Shown here piece after piece: positions 9,498 to 19,693 of a DNA stretch of 64,000 nt. The notes under the pieces are model-generated. The model was not told where the DNA came from. It saw nothing but the letters and a program-made list of their open reading frames with translations, and searched no databases. The position numbers were made by a program, and so were the translations under genes. The first letter of the stretch is position 1; each line of letters starts with the position of its first letter. Source of the DNA: an uncultured Candidatus Saccharibacteria bacterium (lineage in GTDB: Bacteria > Patescibacteriota > CPR2 > UBA1875 > CAIMLA01); the NCBI GenBank assembly GCA_964501135.1, contig CAZCRI010000002.1, forward strand, positions 29,644-93,643, in the 5' to 3' direction.

Positions 9498-10845
9498 ATC
9501 CTAGATCTAAAATTTCGGTTCTAAGCCGATCAGAAGCTTCAAAGTCTTTATTATTCCTAGCTAGCCCTCGCTTCTCCAGTAGAACATTCACTTCGTTGGG
9601 AGTTTCGATTGTGCCACTGTCGGAAAGACCTAGGCCAAGCACACGGTCGCATTCTAGTAGTAATTTAAGGGCAGCATTGGCATCTTTTTCTGAGACACCG
9701 TGTACAAAAGCTTTATTCAATTCCTTAATAAATACAAATATTACAGCTAAGGCTTTTGGAGTATTTAGGTCATCATTTAGAGCAGCCAAAAAGTCTTCTC
9801 CGGCTTTTTTAGTGGCTTGTGCAAAGCCGTTAGATGTCATCTGTGATTCCTTGACACCACGAAGTTCGGCCACGGTCATTAATAATTTCTCGCGAGTATT
9901 TCTAGCCTGGATGATTGATTGGTCGGTAAAGTTCATCTTTTCCCGATAATGGGACATGAGACAAAGCATGCGAAAATCCAGAGGGTCTATCTGAAATTTA
10001 GTAACAATATCCCCTAGGGTGTAGAAGTTCTTTAATGATTTTGACATTTTGGCGCCATTTATCATTATATGTTCAGGATGAAACCATAGTTTTGCAAAGG
10101 GTTTGCCGGTACTAGCTTCACTTTGAGCAATTTCATTTTCATGATGTGGAAAGATTAAATCTACAGCTCCAGCATGTATGTCGATGGTGTCCCCAAGGTA
10201 GCGCATACTCATGGCCGAACATTCAATATGCCAGCCGGGGCGCCCCTCCCCAAACGGAGCTTCCCATGATGGTTCGACCGCCTTTTTTGCCTTCCAGAGG
10301 ACAAAGTCTTGAGCATTTTCCTTGTCATATTCGTCTTGATCGACTCGCGCTCCTTCTTTGAGTCCCGTAAAATCGAGATTTGCAAGCTTACCATACGCAG
10401 CGAATTTAGCGATTGAAAAATATATACTGCCATCATCTGACTTGTAGGCGAACCCCTTCTCTAAAAGATCAGAGATTAGAGTAATCATGGAGTCGATTTC
10501 CTCGGTTGCTTTGGGCATGTGCTCAGGAAGCTCGAAATTGATAGCTGCTAGATCATCAAGAAATAGTTTGGTGTATTTTTTACTAACTACGCTAATATCA
10601 GTTTGCTCATCGTTTGCCGACTTAATAATTTTGTCGTCAATATCAGTAATATTCATTACTTCGTCAATTTTGTAACCCAAAAACTCCAAGGTCCTACGAA
10701 GTAAATCCTCGTTAACGTAGGTTCTGAGATTACCAATATGCGCGTAGTTGTAGACGGTTGGTCCACAAATATACATCTTCACTGGATCGGTTTTCTCTTG
10801 TTGGAAATCCTCTTTCTGTTTGGTAAGCGTGTTGTAGAGTTTCAT
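9451..10845 (-). CDS. cysS: cysteinyl-tRNA synthetase
   Basis: HIGH (AHIGNLRTY) and KMSKS motifs, 464 aa. Confidence 0.9.
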   Translation of the reverse strand: MKLYNTLTKQKEDFQQEKTDPVKMYICGPTVYNYAHIGNLRTYVNEDLLRRTLEFLGYKIDEVMNITDIDDKIIKSANDEQTDISVVSKKYTKLFLDDLAAINFELPEHMPKATEEIDSMITLISDLLEKGFAYKSDDGSIYFSIAKFAAYGKLANLDFTGLKEGARVDQDEYDKENAQDFVLWKAKKAVEPSWEAPFGEGRPGWHIECSAMSMRYLGDTIDIHAGAVDLIFPHHENEIAQSEASTGKPFAKLWFHPEHIMINGAKMSKSLKNFYTLGDIVTKFQIDPLDFRMLCLMSHYREKMNFTDQSIIQARNTREKLLMTVAELRGVKESQMTSNGFAQATKKAGEDFLAALNDDLNTPKALAVIFVFIKELNKAFVHGVSEKDANAALKLLLECDRVLGLGLSDSGTIETPNEVNVLLEKRGLARNNKDFEASDRLRTEILDLGYEVEDTANGQKIRKI

Positions 10846-12587
10846 GTGAGATATCCTCCAGATTGAATTTCAAATAGTTTCGAATAGATCCCTTTTTGAG
10901 CTACAAGATCGCTGTGAGTCCCCATTTCCGAAATGCGTCCTTTGTCCATTACGACAATTATATCAGCTTTCATAACAGTAGATAGACGATGAGCGATGAT
11001 TATTGTGGTTTTACCATCAATTAGGCGCCACAAAGCATCTTGGATTAGCTGCTCGCTCTCTGAATCAAGACTAGAGGTGGCTTCATCCAGTACCAGAATC
11101 GGCGGATTTTTGAGGATTGCCCGCGCTATGTTAATACGTTGCTGCTCGCCTCCGGAGAGCTTAACTCCTCGCTCACCCACTACAGTCTCGTATTTATTTG
11201 GTAGCTTGGCAATAAATTGCTCTGCGTTCGCCTGTTTGGCGGCTTTTTCAATCTCGCTCCGCTTCGCATTTGGCCTGGAGTAGGCGATGTTCTCGGCTAC
11301 AGAGTTATTGAAGAGAATCGAGTCTTGTAAGACAACCCCAATGCCTTCTCTGAGCGATTTCTGGGTCACATCACAGACGTTTTGCCCGTCTATGGTAATT
11401 GTACCCTTCTGGGTGTCGTAGAAGCGAGAGAGCAGCTTTACGAGAGTCGTTTTGCCTGAACCACTTTTGCCCACAATAGCGAGAACTTTCCCAGCCGGAA
11501 CCTCCAAAGAAAGATTCTTTACTACCTTGTGGTCCTTATAGCCGAAAGTAACGTCCTTAAAGCTAATACTACCCTTTGTAACATTTAGTTTCTTTGCATT
11601 TGGAGTGTCTGTAATCTCTGACTCGGTGTCCAGAAGCTCAAAGACACGTTTGACGCTGCGCATTTTCTTTTGAACATCGTCAATAAGGCGAGTAATGTAC
11701 CATAGTGGCTGCATCGAGCGGTTTGTATATTGCCAGGCAAGGGTAAAGGCACCGAGGGTAATCTCCCCCGTAATAGTCCAATAAACGCCGAGCCCGATAA
11801 TGGCAATTTGTGTAAAGTCCATCGCAAGTAAGCGGAAGACATTCATAAATATTCTGCGCGTAACATATTTGATGTCGAGAACTATTGATTCAAGTAATTG
11901 GCTCACGAAAGCCTTGAGGTGACGATCCTCGGTAGCATAAGACTTGATGGTTTTAATGTTGATTATCGATTCGGTCATGATACCGCTAAGTTTCTCGTTT
12001 GAGTCCCTTGATTTGTCTTGAATCTGTAGTAATAGCGGTGAAAACTTTAGGCTGATTAAGATAAAGATTGGGGCACTTGCCATAAGAATCGTACCGAAAA
12101 TCCAGTTGACGGAGAAAAGGATACTGGCCGCAATCAGAATATAAATAAATTGAGGGATAATCTCAGTTAGGGTAGCTTCGATTATGTCGTTTAGCTCCCA
12201 AACACCCTTGTCGATGCGTTCTTTAATTTTACCAACGCTATTATTCTCAAAGTAATTTAGTGAAAGTGATTCAAGGTGTTCATAGACTCGACGGGATAAA
12301 ATTTCACGTGTCTTGTTGTACCACAAGACGGTATAGTAAAAGTTGATCTGGCCAAAGGCGTCGTTTGCAATCCAGAGAGTCGCGTAGAGACCAATTGCTT
12401 GCCAAAATGCCGGCGGCACTGCGTTTGATCCAGATTTTGCAGTCTCGCCAATCACGTCAAATAACATCTTGAAGGCCAGAGGAATTGCAACGTTAAAAGC
12501 GATCGAGACCGATACGGTCGCGAGCGCAATAAACATTAACTTTTTGTCGCTGGCAGCTAGTCTTAGGGCTCGCCAAAAATCACGCAT
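10842..12587 (-). CDS. ABC transporter, fused permease/ATPase (MsbA-like exporter)
   Basis: 6-TM N-terminal domain, Walker A GKSGSGKTT, signature LSGGEQQR, Walker B ILVLDEATS. Confidence 0.85.
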   Translation of the reverse strand: MRDFWRALRLAASDKKLMFIALATVSVSIAFNVAIPLAFKMLFDVIGETAKSGSNAVPPAFWQAIGLYATLWIANDAFGQINFYYTVLWYNKTREILSRRVYEHLESLSLNYFENNSVGKIKERIDKGVWELNDIIEATLTEIIPQFIYILIAASILFSVNWIFGTILMASAPIFILISLKFSPLLLQIQDKSRDSNEKLSGIMTESIINIKTIKSYATEDRHLKAFVSQLLESIVLDIKYVTRRIFMNVFRLLAMDFTQIAIIGLGVYWTITGEITLGAFTLAWQYTNRSMQPLWYITRLIDDVQKKMRSVKRVFELLDTESEITDTPNAKKLNVTKGSISFKDVTFGYKDHKVVKNLSLEVPAGKVLAIVGKSGSGKTTLVKLLSRFYDTQKGTITIDGQNVCDVTQKSLREGIGVVLQDSILFNNSVAENIAYSRPNAKRSEIEKAAKQANAEQFIAKLPNKYETVVGERGVKLSGGEQQRINIARAILKNPPILVLDEATSSLDSESEQLIQDALWRLIDGKTTIIIAHRLSTVMKADIIVVMDKGRISEMGTHSDLVAQKGIYSKLFEIQSGGYLT

Positions 12588-12640
12588 TTTTACTCCTTTG
12601 CATGGCCATTATATCTCAAAGTGGTCAGTAATTGTAGCTG

Positions 12641-13240
12641 TTAGTACTCTCGTCTACCCTCTAGGGCGCGGGAAAGAGTGACTTCATCGGCATACTCTAG
12701 GTCGCCACCTACCGGTAAACCTCGGGCTATTCTGGTAATAGAGACGCCATATGGCGAGATAATTTTCTGTAAATATAGGGCAGTGGTTTCACCTTCTAGG
12801 GTCGGGTTGGTCGCTATCACGAGCTCCTCGATGCCACCATCTTTTATTCTGGTGAGAAGCTGAGAAATAAAGAGCTCGTCCGGTCCGATGCCGTCAACTG
12901 GAGAGATTACTCCTCCCAGAACATGATACAGTCCTTTGTAGCTTCCAGATCGTTCAAGTGCAACAACGTCTAGTGGTTCTCCGACGACGCAGATCTTGCT
13001 AGAATCCCTAGATGTATCGTTGCAAATTGAACAAAGTTCTGAATCGGTAAAATTACAACAAACCTTGCAAAAGGTGATCCCCTCTTTTAGGTTGCTAGCC
13101 GCCGCTCCGAGGTCTTGCGCGCTCTTATCGGCTTTACGGAGCAGATAAAAAGTAAGCCTCTGTGCGGTCTTAGGGCCGACACCTGGAAGCTTTGCAAATT
13201 CATCAATTAGATTTTGCACGCTGGCGGGGATAATATTCAA
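12641..13240 (-). CDS. recR: recombination protein RecR
   Basis: 199 aa; HhH N-terminus (PGVGPKTAQR), C4 zinc finger, Toprim domain. Confidence 0.85.
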   Translation of the reverse strand: MNIIPASVQNLIDEFAKLPGVGPKTAQRLTFYLLRKADKSAQDLGAAASNLKEGITFCKVCCNFTDSELCSICNDTSRDSSKICVVGEPLDVVALERSGSYKGLYHVLGGVISPVDGIGPDELFISQLLTRIKDGGIEELVIATNPTLEGETTALYLQKIISPYGVSITRIARGLPVGGDLEYADEVTLSRALEGRREY

Positions 13241-13257
13241 GGCTTATCTCTCTGCGA

Positions 13258-13560
13258 TTATTGCATTCCCGGGAAACCGCCGAAATCACCAATTTCCTTC
13301 ATCAAGTTTGCGGAATATTCTTGGGATTTCTTGATTGAACTTTCTATCGCGCTCTTAATGTCCTTCTCTAAAACCTCTAGTTTCTCAATCTCAACGTCGT
13401 CTTTGTTTAGTACCACTTTTTGTACTTTTTGCTCACCATTGATAACAATCGTGACGGCGCCAGATTCGACGGTAAAGATTTCAGACTTCATTTTCTTCTG
13501 TATTTCACGAGCTTTTTTGATAAAATCAAGCTGCTCTTTTGCTTTTCCGAACATTGCCAT
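13258..13560 (-). CDS. ybaB: nucleoid-associated protein YbaB/EbfC
   Basis: 100 aa; conserved recR-ybaB-dnaX neighbourhood (dnaX is at 19.7 kb here). Confidence 0.75.
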   Translation of the reverse strand: MAMFGKAKEQLDFIKKAREIQKKMKSEIFTVESGAVTIVINGEQKVQKVVLNKDDVEIEKLEVLEKDIKSAIESSIKKSQEYSANLMKEIGDFGGFPGMQ

Positions 13561-13605
13561 AACAAAACCCCTTCTTAATAACAGAGTTTATTATACAAGA
13601 AGGGG
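13561..13605 (-). terminator. intrinsic terminator downstream of the GT-C glycosyltransferase gene
   Basis: CCCCTTCTT/AAGAAGGGG 9-bp stem followed on minus strand by TTTTGTT, immediately abutting the ybaB ATG. Confidence 0.6.
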
Positions 13606-13618
13606 TCGTGCTTGTAAA

Positions 13619-15421
13619 TTATTGCTTTTTGAGGTCGTAGATTAGGATAGAGCCACCAATATTTGTAATCGGCTTTTCAGAGTCTAGCCAAGCATAATCC
13701 ATACCGCCGTTAGCTTCCTTCTTCATCTTGGAATTTTGGTAAAAGGTAGCCGAGATAGCGAAGCAGCCGGTAGGTTTACCATTCTGGACGTGCCACTCAA
13801 TCATGCGATCACGACCAATGTAGTAAGCTGCTGGCATACTGCCTGGGAAGACATCAACATAAGTCTGGTACTGACACTTGTGTTCCTTGCTCATATCACT
13901 GGTCTTAATCCATTCGGAAAGGCGTTTAACATCCTGTCCCCAATCTAGATTCGAGTCAGTGAGATATTTGTAACCGTTCTGGTATCCGCCTACAAATTCG
14001 TTGAAATACGAAAGGTAGTGTGGGTAGGCAGAGAGCGAACCTAGGACGTACCAAACCGTTAACACTGGGATTAGTAGGGCGACGCTCAGGGCTTTCCAGT
14101 CCTTTAGGCCATTCTTAATTGCCGTGAAATCGATGAGACCAGTGAGTCTGGCTACCGCCACGAAAATGAATGGGAAAATCGGAAGCATGTAACGGATACC
14201 GAGGTTAATGCTCCCCTGCATGCCCATTACAAGTAAGACTAGCGGAAGCACCCAGAGATAGATCTCTGTGAACCAGCCATTCCATTGCAGTTTCTTACGG
14301 AAGATAAAGAGAAATGCCAAGAAGAAGAAAATCGGGATAGCTGTTTTTAGGGCGAGAACTACTGGGTAGTAATACCACCAACCCTTATTGGAGGTCATTC
14401 CAAGTAAGAAGGCGTCGTGACCACCCTCAACGTGGCCGGCAACCATTGAGAAGCCTAGTAACCACTGTGCAAGAGGCTTTGTGACTTGATTCCCTGACAT
14501 TCCGGCCAGAGTGTCTGCGACAACGGAATTACCTGGGATGGATTCATGGATAAGAGCACGTTGTACTTCTGCTGGCATATTCATTGTGTGGAAAAAGTAA
14601 AATCCCCACATCATAACAACGCCAGAGAGACAGATAATGGCAAATGAAACAAGAGCGGAAATAAAGCGCTTGGTAAGTTTCTGATCAAAAATACCTGTTA
14701 GTAGAGTAGTTTCTTTCTGGGTCCCCTTTCGAGCTAGCAGCATTAGGAAGATGATAATGTAGACTGGTCCCAGGATAGCGACAGAGAACTTGGTCACAAG
14801 GGCGATAAAGAAAGTGACCGCGGTTAGAAACATCCTCTTTTTGGTAGGTTTCTCAAGAAAATAGAAGAGTGAAAACAAATTAAGAAAAAGGGCGAATGAG
14901 ATGCCGAGATCGGTGGTGACAAATCTAGAGTGAGCGATAATGCTGGCGTCAAAAGCATAGAGAACTAACGCGAACAGCCCTGCTTTGACCCCAAATAGCT
15001 TTTTCGCCCAAATAAAGACCAAGAGGCCGAGAGTTAGGCTCAGAAGCATCATTGGAATGTGAGCAGCCTCTAGAATCTTAGAGGGGTCATTACCGGCGGT
15101 CTCGTAGATGAATTTCCAGCCCATTTGCCACTGGTTATTGATTACAGGTAAATTAGCCTTCCAGTAATCGTATGGAAACTTAAGATTCAAAAATAGCAAT
15201 GGTACCGCCGCCAAATCCTTGATCAGCGGTGGATGTTCTGGGTTCAGTCTGTAGTCACCAGTGGTGATATAGCTGTAGCCCGAAGGAATGTGCGCAATCT
15301 CATCGACAATTGCCGAGTCCCCTTTCGACGAGTAGAACATTGTAATAAACATGACCCCAAGAATCACTGGAACAAGCGCCCAGTACCAGTACTTTTTAAG
15401 TATTTCCATATTCCCCTCCAA
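13619..15421 (-). CDS. GT-C fold membrane glycosyltransferase (PMT/ArnT-like, GT39/GT83 family)
   Basis: 600 aa polytopic membrane protein; N-terminal loop DEIAHIPSGYSY...EHPPL matches the catalytic-loop layout of dolichyl/undecaprenyl-phosphate-sugar dependent transferases. Confidence 0.65.
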   Translation of the reverse strand: MEGNMEILKKYWYWALVPVILGVMFITMFYSSKGDSAIVDEIAHIPSGYSYITTGDYRLNPEHPPLIKDLAAVPLLFLNLKFPYDYWKANLPVINNQWQMGWKFIYETAGNDPSKILEAAHIPMMLLSLTLGLLVFIWAKKLFGVKAGLFALVLYAFDASIIAHSRFVTTDLGISFALFLNLFSLFYFLEKPTKKRMFLTAVTFFIALVTKFSVAILGPVYIIIFLMLLARKGTQKETTLLTGIFDQKLTKRFISALVSFAIICLSGVVMMWGFYFFHTMNMPAEVQRALIHESIPGNSVVADTLAGMSGNQVTKPLAQWLLGFSMVAGHVEGGHDAFLLGMTSNKGWWYYYPVVLALKTAIPIFFFLAFLFIFRKKLQWNGWFTEIYLWVLPLVLLVMGMQGSINLGIRYMLPIFPFIFVAVARLTGLIDFTAIKNGLKDWKALSVALLIPVLTVWYVLGSLSAYPHYLSYFNEFVGGYQNGYKYLTDSNLDWGQDVKRLSEWIKTSDMSKEHKCQYQTYVDVFPGSMPAAYYIGRDRMIEWHVQNGKPTGCFAISATFYQNSKMKKEANGGMDYAWLDSEKPITNIGGSILIYDLKKQ

Positions 15422-15433
15422 GAGTATTATTTT

Positions 15434-16333
15434 TTATTTATTGATAATATATTCGTTATATGTGTTGCCGAGTTTACGACGAGCATGCCTTCTAGAGTAC
15501 TTCCCCACCAATAGATTTCTCATAATGACTGCGATGTCAGTAAAAGAGCTCAAAATTGCCGAACTACCTACCTTTGAGCCTTCTTCATCAATCCACTGTA
15601 CCGGCACCTCGATAATTTTTAGCTTATACTTTTGGGCAATTGAAAGGTACTCCGTATCAAAGCCGAACCCGGGGATGGTCTGTAGAGATGCGAGGAGTTT
15701 TGTAACATCTTGGCGATAAAGTTTAAATCCGCAACGCTGATCGATGTAGCTTTGATTTAGAAAAACCGTGAAGAGAAAATTGCCACCGCGTGATACAAGC
15801 TGCCTAAAACGACCCTGTTTGCCGATAGCTTGATAGTCTTTGCTGTGGCCGAAAACCAAAACCTCAATGATGCTTTTAATGCCATGGAAGACCCCCTTGA
15901 ACCAGTTTGGCTTATATGGATGAGGATCTTTAATATACCTGGAACCCAAAACAATATCGTATTTGTCTACAAATTTTAGTAGTTTATCTATTTCCGTGAT
16001 TGGTGTTGAGTTGTCGGCATCCATGAACATGACGTACTTACCCTTTGCGTCTGCAAAGCCACGTTGAATACCTGCCCCCTTACCTTTTGGTTCGTTGACT
16101 CGGGGTTCTAAATATCTAAAATGTTTGATTTCTTCCGCATATTTCTTTGCAATATCGATAGACTTGTCGGTACTCTTATCGTCACTTAGAATCACTTCGC
16201 AACTAAATTTGGCGTTTCTCGTATATTCCTCGATAACCTTAAGTGTTTTCTCGATTCTCGCCTCTTCATTGAAAAATGAGATGATGATTGAGAGATAGAT
16301 TTCTTCTTCTGCCATAAGGCCTCCTTGATTCAA
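15434..16333 (-). CDS. GT2 polyprenyl-phosphate sugar synthase (GtrB/DPM1-like)
   Basis: 299 aa; GT-A fold motifs (SIIISFFNEE, DDKSTD, DADNS) and C-terminal TM helices. Confidence 0.75.
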   Translation of the reverse strand: MNQGGLMAEEEIYLSIIISFFNEEARIEKTLKVIEEYTRNAKFSCEVILSDDKSTDKSIDIAKKYAEEIKHFRYLEPRVNEPKGKGAGIQRGFADAKGKYVMFMDADNSTPITEIDKLLKFVDKYDIVLGSRYIKDPHPYKPNWFKGVFHGIKSIIEVLVFGHSKDYQAIGKQGRFRQLVSRGGNFLFTVFLNQSYIDQRCGFKLYRQDVTKLLASLQTIPGFGFDTEYLSIAQKYKLKIIEVPVQWIDEEGSKVGSSAILSSFTDIAVIMRNLLVGKYSRRHARRKLGNTYNEYIINK

Positions 16334-16343
16334 GTATAACTTG

Positions 16344-17585
16344 TTACTTTTTCAAATCTAGTGTTTTTGTATACATAGCTTGGACGGCTGGGTTCCCCTG
16401 CCAAGCGTAAAAGTATTTTTGAAAGTTGTAATAGACAGAAAGAAAGAGAAAAACTGAAAACAATAAAGTCATTACAACGCGTGCCGAGCGGTTGTAGGGG
16501 AAAGTTCGAACCCAGCTTGTTAGCAAGTAATCTAACATAATCGAGCTAAGGATAAAGATGGCCGGTAATAACAGAGCAACGTTAGCGATACTCTGTACTT
16601 TTGCAAATGAGATAATGATTACACCGAAAAGAACCCAAAGCAGGATGAATTGGTGTTTTCGCTTGCCACTATGAAAGAAGGCATAGACTATCCCGCAAAT
16701 GCTACTAACGGCCACAAAAGGATCCAGAATAGGCTCCAAGGCTACATTAATCGGTGAAATTGTCGCCGAGCCAGAAAAGAGGGTTAGTATGTTCTGACCC
16801 ACGTTAAGATAAAATGCTGCAATTGAGCCTGGTAAATAGGCTGTAATTATTGAACCGAGTGCGTTCAAGCAAAGAAAGAAATACAAGCCGATCGCAAATA
16901 GAATTGGTAGAGCAAGGATAATTAGCTCATATTTATAAAGAGTAAAAACCTTTTTGTTCTTTGCAATCATCGTAATGCTGGCGACAAAAATTAGAATTCC
17001 GGTAAGGACAAAGAGTGGGCTCAGAAATATACCCGCAGAGGCAAGTACGGCTGTGAGCAAGAACAACCATTTGTTTTTCTCCCTGAAAGCCGCTGTGGCC
17101 AAGTAAAGAATGGCCATTTGCAGTGCCAGAATAACGATTGTAATGTTTGTGACCCTCGAAAGAATCAGCATAGTGGTATTTGTGGCCATCAGAAGCGTCG
17201 CAATCAAAGCTACTTGTTTATTAAACCAGCTACGGGTAAATAGGAAGAAGAAAATAGAAGCGACGATTCCAATTAGGCTGGAAAATAATCGGAGATAGAG
17301 CGGACTATAGGCAGCTAAATGACCTAGAATGGCTACCTTATAGTAAAAAAGCGCTTCACTTACAAGCTTTGTCGGAGCAATCCAGTGGTTTGCAGCAATC
17401 TTCTGCCCGTTTGCAAGTAATGTTACCTCTTCGCTAGAAAAGCCTTTGAAGCTAGTGAGTCCCCAAAATCTCCAGAGGGCCCCCAAAAAAATCACGACCA
17501 AAGTGAGTAACAAGAATTGGTTTTCGGAAGCGAAGGTAGAGAACCTTTCGCGTAAAGAAGATAAATACTGAATTACTTTGTTCAT
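16344..17585 (-). CDS. second GT-C fold membrane glycosyltransferase (ArnT/PMT-like)
   Basis: 413 aa, >=10 predicted TM helices, position within the Gtr-like cluster. Confidence 0.5.
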   Translation of the reverse strand: MNKVIQYLSSLRERFSTFASENQFLLLTLVVIFLGALWRFWGLTSFKGFSSEEVTLLANGQKIAANHWIAPTKLVSEALFYYKVAILGHLAAYSPLYLRLFSSLIGIVASIFFFLFTRSWFNKQVALIATLLMATNTTMLILSRVTNITIVILALQMAILYLATAAFREKNKWLFLLTAVLASAGIFLSPLFVLTGILIFVASITMIAKNKKVFTLYKYELIILALPILFAIGLYFFLCLNALGSIITAYLPGSIAAFYLNVGQNILTLFSGSATISPINVALEPILDPFVAVSSICGIVYAFFHSGKRKHQFILLWVLFGVIIISFAKVQSIANVALLLPAIFILSSIMLDYLLTSWVRTFPYNRSARVVMTLLFSVFLFLSVYYNFQKYFYAWQGNPAVQAMYTKTLDLKK

Positions 17586-17636
17586 AGCTATATTGTAGCA
17601 ATGATTGCTCTTTTTGTGAATCAGAGAACTTAGACG

Positions 17637-18299
17637 TTAGGCCTTTTTGTCTGCCTTAAAAACCCAGATCTTATAGAGTACAAAGTTGAAAAGCATAGCA
17701 GAGAGAGAACCAAAGATTGTGGCGTAATTTGCCCAAACCTTATCGGCAATTCCAGAATATAGGGTTGGGCCTATCTGGGCAATCATATAGGCAAGAGCAA
17801 CATTTACTGCCATACCAAGTGCTGTGGCAATAACGAATTTGGTGATCTCCTTGTTTCCCGATTGCTTATCACTCCCCTTGAAGACCCACAGCTTATTCCA
17901 GAAATAGCTATTTGTCGCAGCAATAATAAATGAAATTCCCTTGTAAAAGGCAAAATAGATACCAGTGCTAAAACCAGTAAAAAGGATCAGTAGGTTCACA
18001 ATCCCCATGTCTACAAGCCAATTTAAGCCACCAGCCTCACCAAATTTTACAAAATTATATAGAAAGGGCACAAATTTACCCAAGAATCGGCCAACAACTA
18101 TTCCTGCCAGACAGAGAAGTGTGAAGCCCACAACGATTATTGGCCAGCTTACTGTTACTCCAAAGAAAGTTTGTCCCAAGAAACCTAGATTACCAGCAAC
18201 AATGGCTGCGAAAAATCCAGCCAAAAGACCAAGTAGTCCGGCGGCCGCAAGATCAAACGATAAAGTTGCTACAGTACTTTTTGATGACTTTGCCATCAT
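17637..18299 (-). CDS. GtrA-family flippase-like membrane protein with N-terminal TM extension
   Basis: C-terminal ~125 aa has the GtrA layout (FVKFGEAGGLNWLVDMGIVNLL ... KIWVFK); extra ~90 aa N-terminal hydrophobic region. Confidence 0.6.
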   Translation of the reverse strand: MMAKSSKSTVATLSFDLAAAGLLGLLAGFFAAIVAGNLGFLGQTFFGVTVSWPIIVVGFTLLCLAGIVVGRFLGKFVPFLYNFVKFGEAGGLNWLVDMGIVNLLILFTGFSTGIYFAFYKGISFIIAATNSYFWNKLWVFKGSDKQSGNKEITKFVIATALGMAVNVALAYMIAQIGPTLYSGIADKVWANYATIFGSLSAMLFNFVLYKIWVFKADKKA

Positions 18300-18343
18300 A
18301 CCCTCCTATTAATAACAAAATTATAGCACCCCTAGAACAAAAT

Positions 18344-19693
18344 CTATATCTTTTGTGATGTTTCGTGTTTCTTATCAAGGTTTGTAAATAGCATTTGCTC
18401 TGGTTTGAAGTAGAGCTCTACTTGTCCTACAGGTCCATTACGGTGCTTGCGGATCAGGACATCTGCTATGTTCTTACGTTCTGAGTCTTTATCATAATAG
18501 TCATCGCGGTAAATAAACATTACCACGTCGGCGTCTTGCTCGATAGAACCTGATTCACGCAAGTCTGAGAGCTGAGGTCGACGGTCTGGGCGACTTTCCA
18601 CGGCACGGGAGAGCTGAGAAAGAGCAATCACTGGTACATTAAGTTCACGTGCCAGACCCTTGAGCGAACGAGAAATCTCACTCACCTCTTCTACACGACT
18701 ATTACTGGTATTACCCTGCATCAACTGAAGGTAGTCGATGATAACTAGTCCTAGGCCATGCTCGGATTGTAAGCGTCTGGCTTTGGTGCGCATTTCGAGT
18801 ACGTTAATACCTGCAGAATCATCGAAGTACAATGGTGCTTCGGAAAGTTTGGCCATGGCCTCTCCGATTCGACCAAAGTCGGCATCGGATAGGTTAGCGT
18901 TTCGGAGTTTCCAGGAGTCCACATTGGCTTCGGAGCAGAGCAAACGGTCAACTAGCTGTTCTTTACTCATTTCGAGTGAGAATATCGCGACAGGAATACC
19001 TTCATGAATTGCTACATTTTGAGCAATATTGATCGCGAGGGATGATTTACCCATAGACGGGCGGGCGGCAAGAATTACCAAGTCAGAGTTCTGCAGTCCT
19101 GCAAGTAAGTTATCGAGATCTCTAAAGCCAGTCGGAACGCCACGAATCTGATCTTTGTTGTTGTGGAGTTCGTCAAGACGATCGAAACTATCGGTTAGAA
19201 TGTCCTTGATTGCAATAAAGCTCTCTTTGGTATGCTTCTGAGAAACCGCAAAGATTGCTTGCTCGGCACGATCCAAAATCTCCGGGATCTCTTTTTCTTC
19301 GTGGAAGGCAATATCGGAAATTTCGGTAGAGGCGTGGATAAGGCGACGCAAAATTGATTTGGAGGCTACTATTTTGGCATAATGCACTATATTTGATGCC
19401 GATGGTACCGAGCTGGCCAATGTAGCAATGTAGCTTCCGCCGCCCACAACATCAAGCTTCTTCATCGCTTCTAGCTTGTTTGTAAGTGTAACGACGTCAA
19501 TTGGTTCACGGTGCTCAAAAAGGTTGAGCATGGCCGCATAGATAATACCGTGAACGTCTTTGTAGAAGTCATCCGCAGTAATTATGTCTGCTACCTTAAT
19601 CAGGGCGTCCTTGTCGAGCAGGATCGCTCCTAGTAGGGAAATTTCTGCCTCAACGTTCTGGGGCGGAATGTTTGGATTTAGGTTTGCCATCAT
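18344..19693 (-). CDS. dnaB: replicative DNA helicase DnaB
   Basis: 449 aa; Walker A GARPSMGKSS, RecA-like C-terminal domain. Confidence 0.9.
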   Translation of the reverse strand: MMANLNPNIPPQNVEAEISLLGAILLDKDALIKVADIITADDFYKDVHGIIYAAMLNLFEHREPIDVVTLTNKLEAMKKLDVVGGGSYIATLASSVPSASNIVHYAKIVASKSILRRLIHASTEISDIAFHEEKEIPEILDRAEQAIFAVSQKHTKESFIAIKDILTDSFDRLDELHNNKDQIRGVPTGFRDLDNLLAGLQNSDLVILAARPSMGKSSLAINIAQNVAIHEGIPVAIFSLEMSKEQLVDRLLCSEANVDSWKLRNANLSDADFGRIGEAMAKLSEAPLYFDDSAGINVLEMRTKARRLQSEHGLGLVIIDYLQLMQGNTSNSRVEEVSEISRSLKGLARELNVPVIALSQLSRAVESRPDRRPQLSDLRESGSIEQDADVVMFIYRDDYYDKDSERKNIADVLIRKHRNGPVGQVELYFKPEQMLFTNLDKKHETSQKI

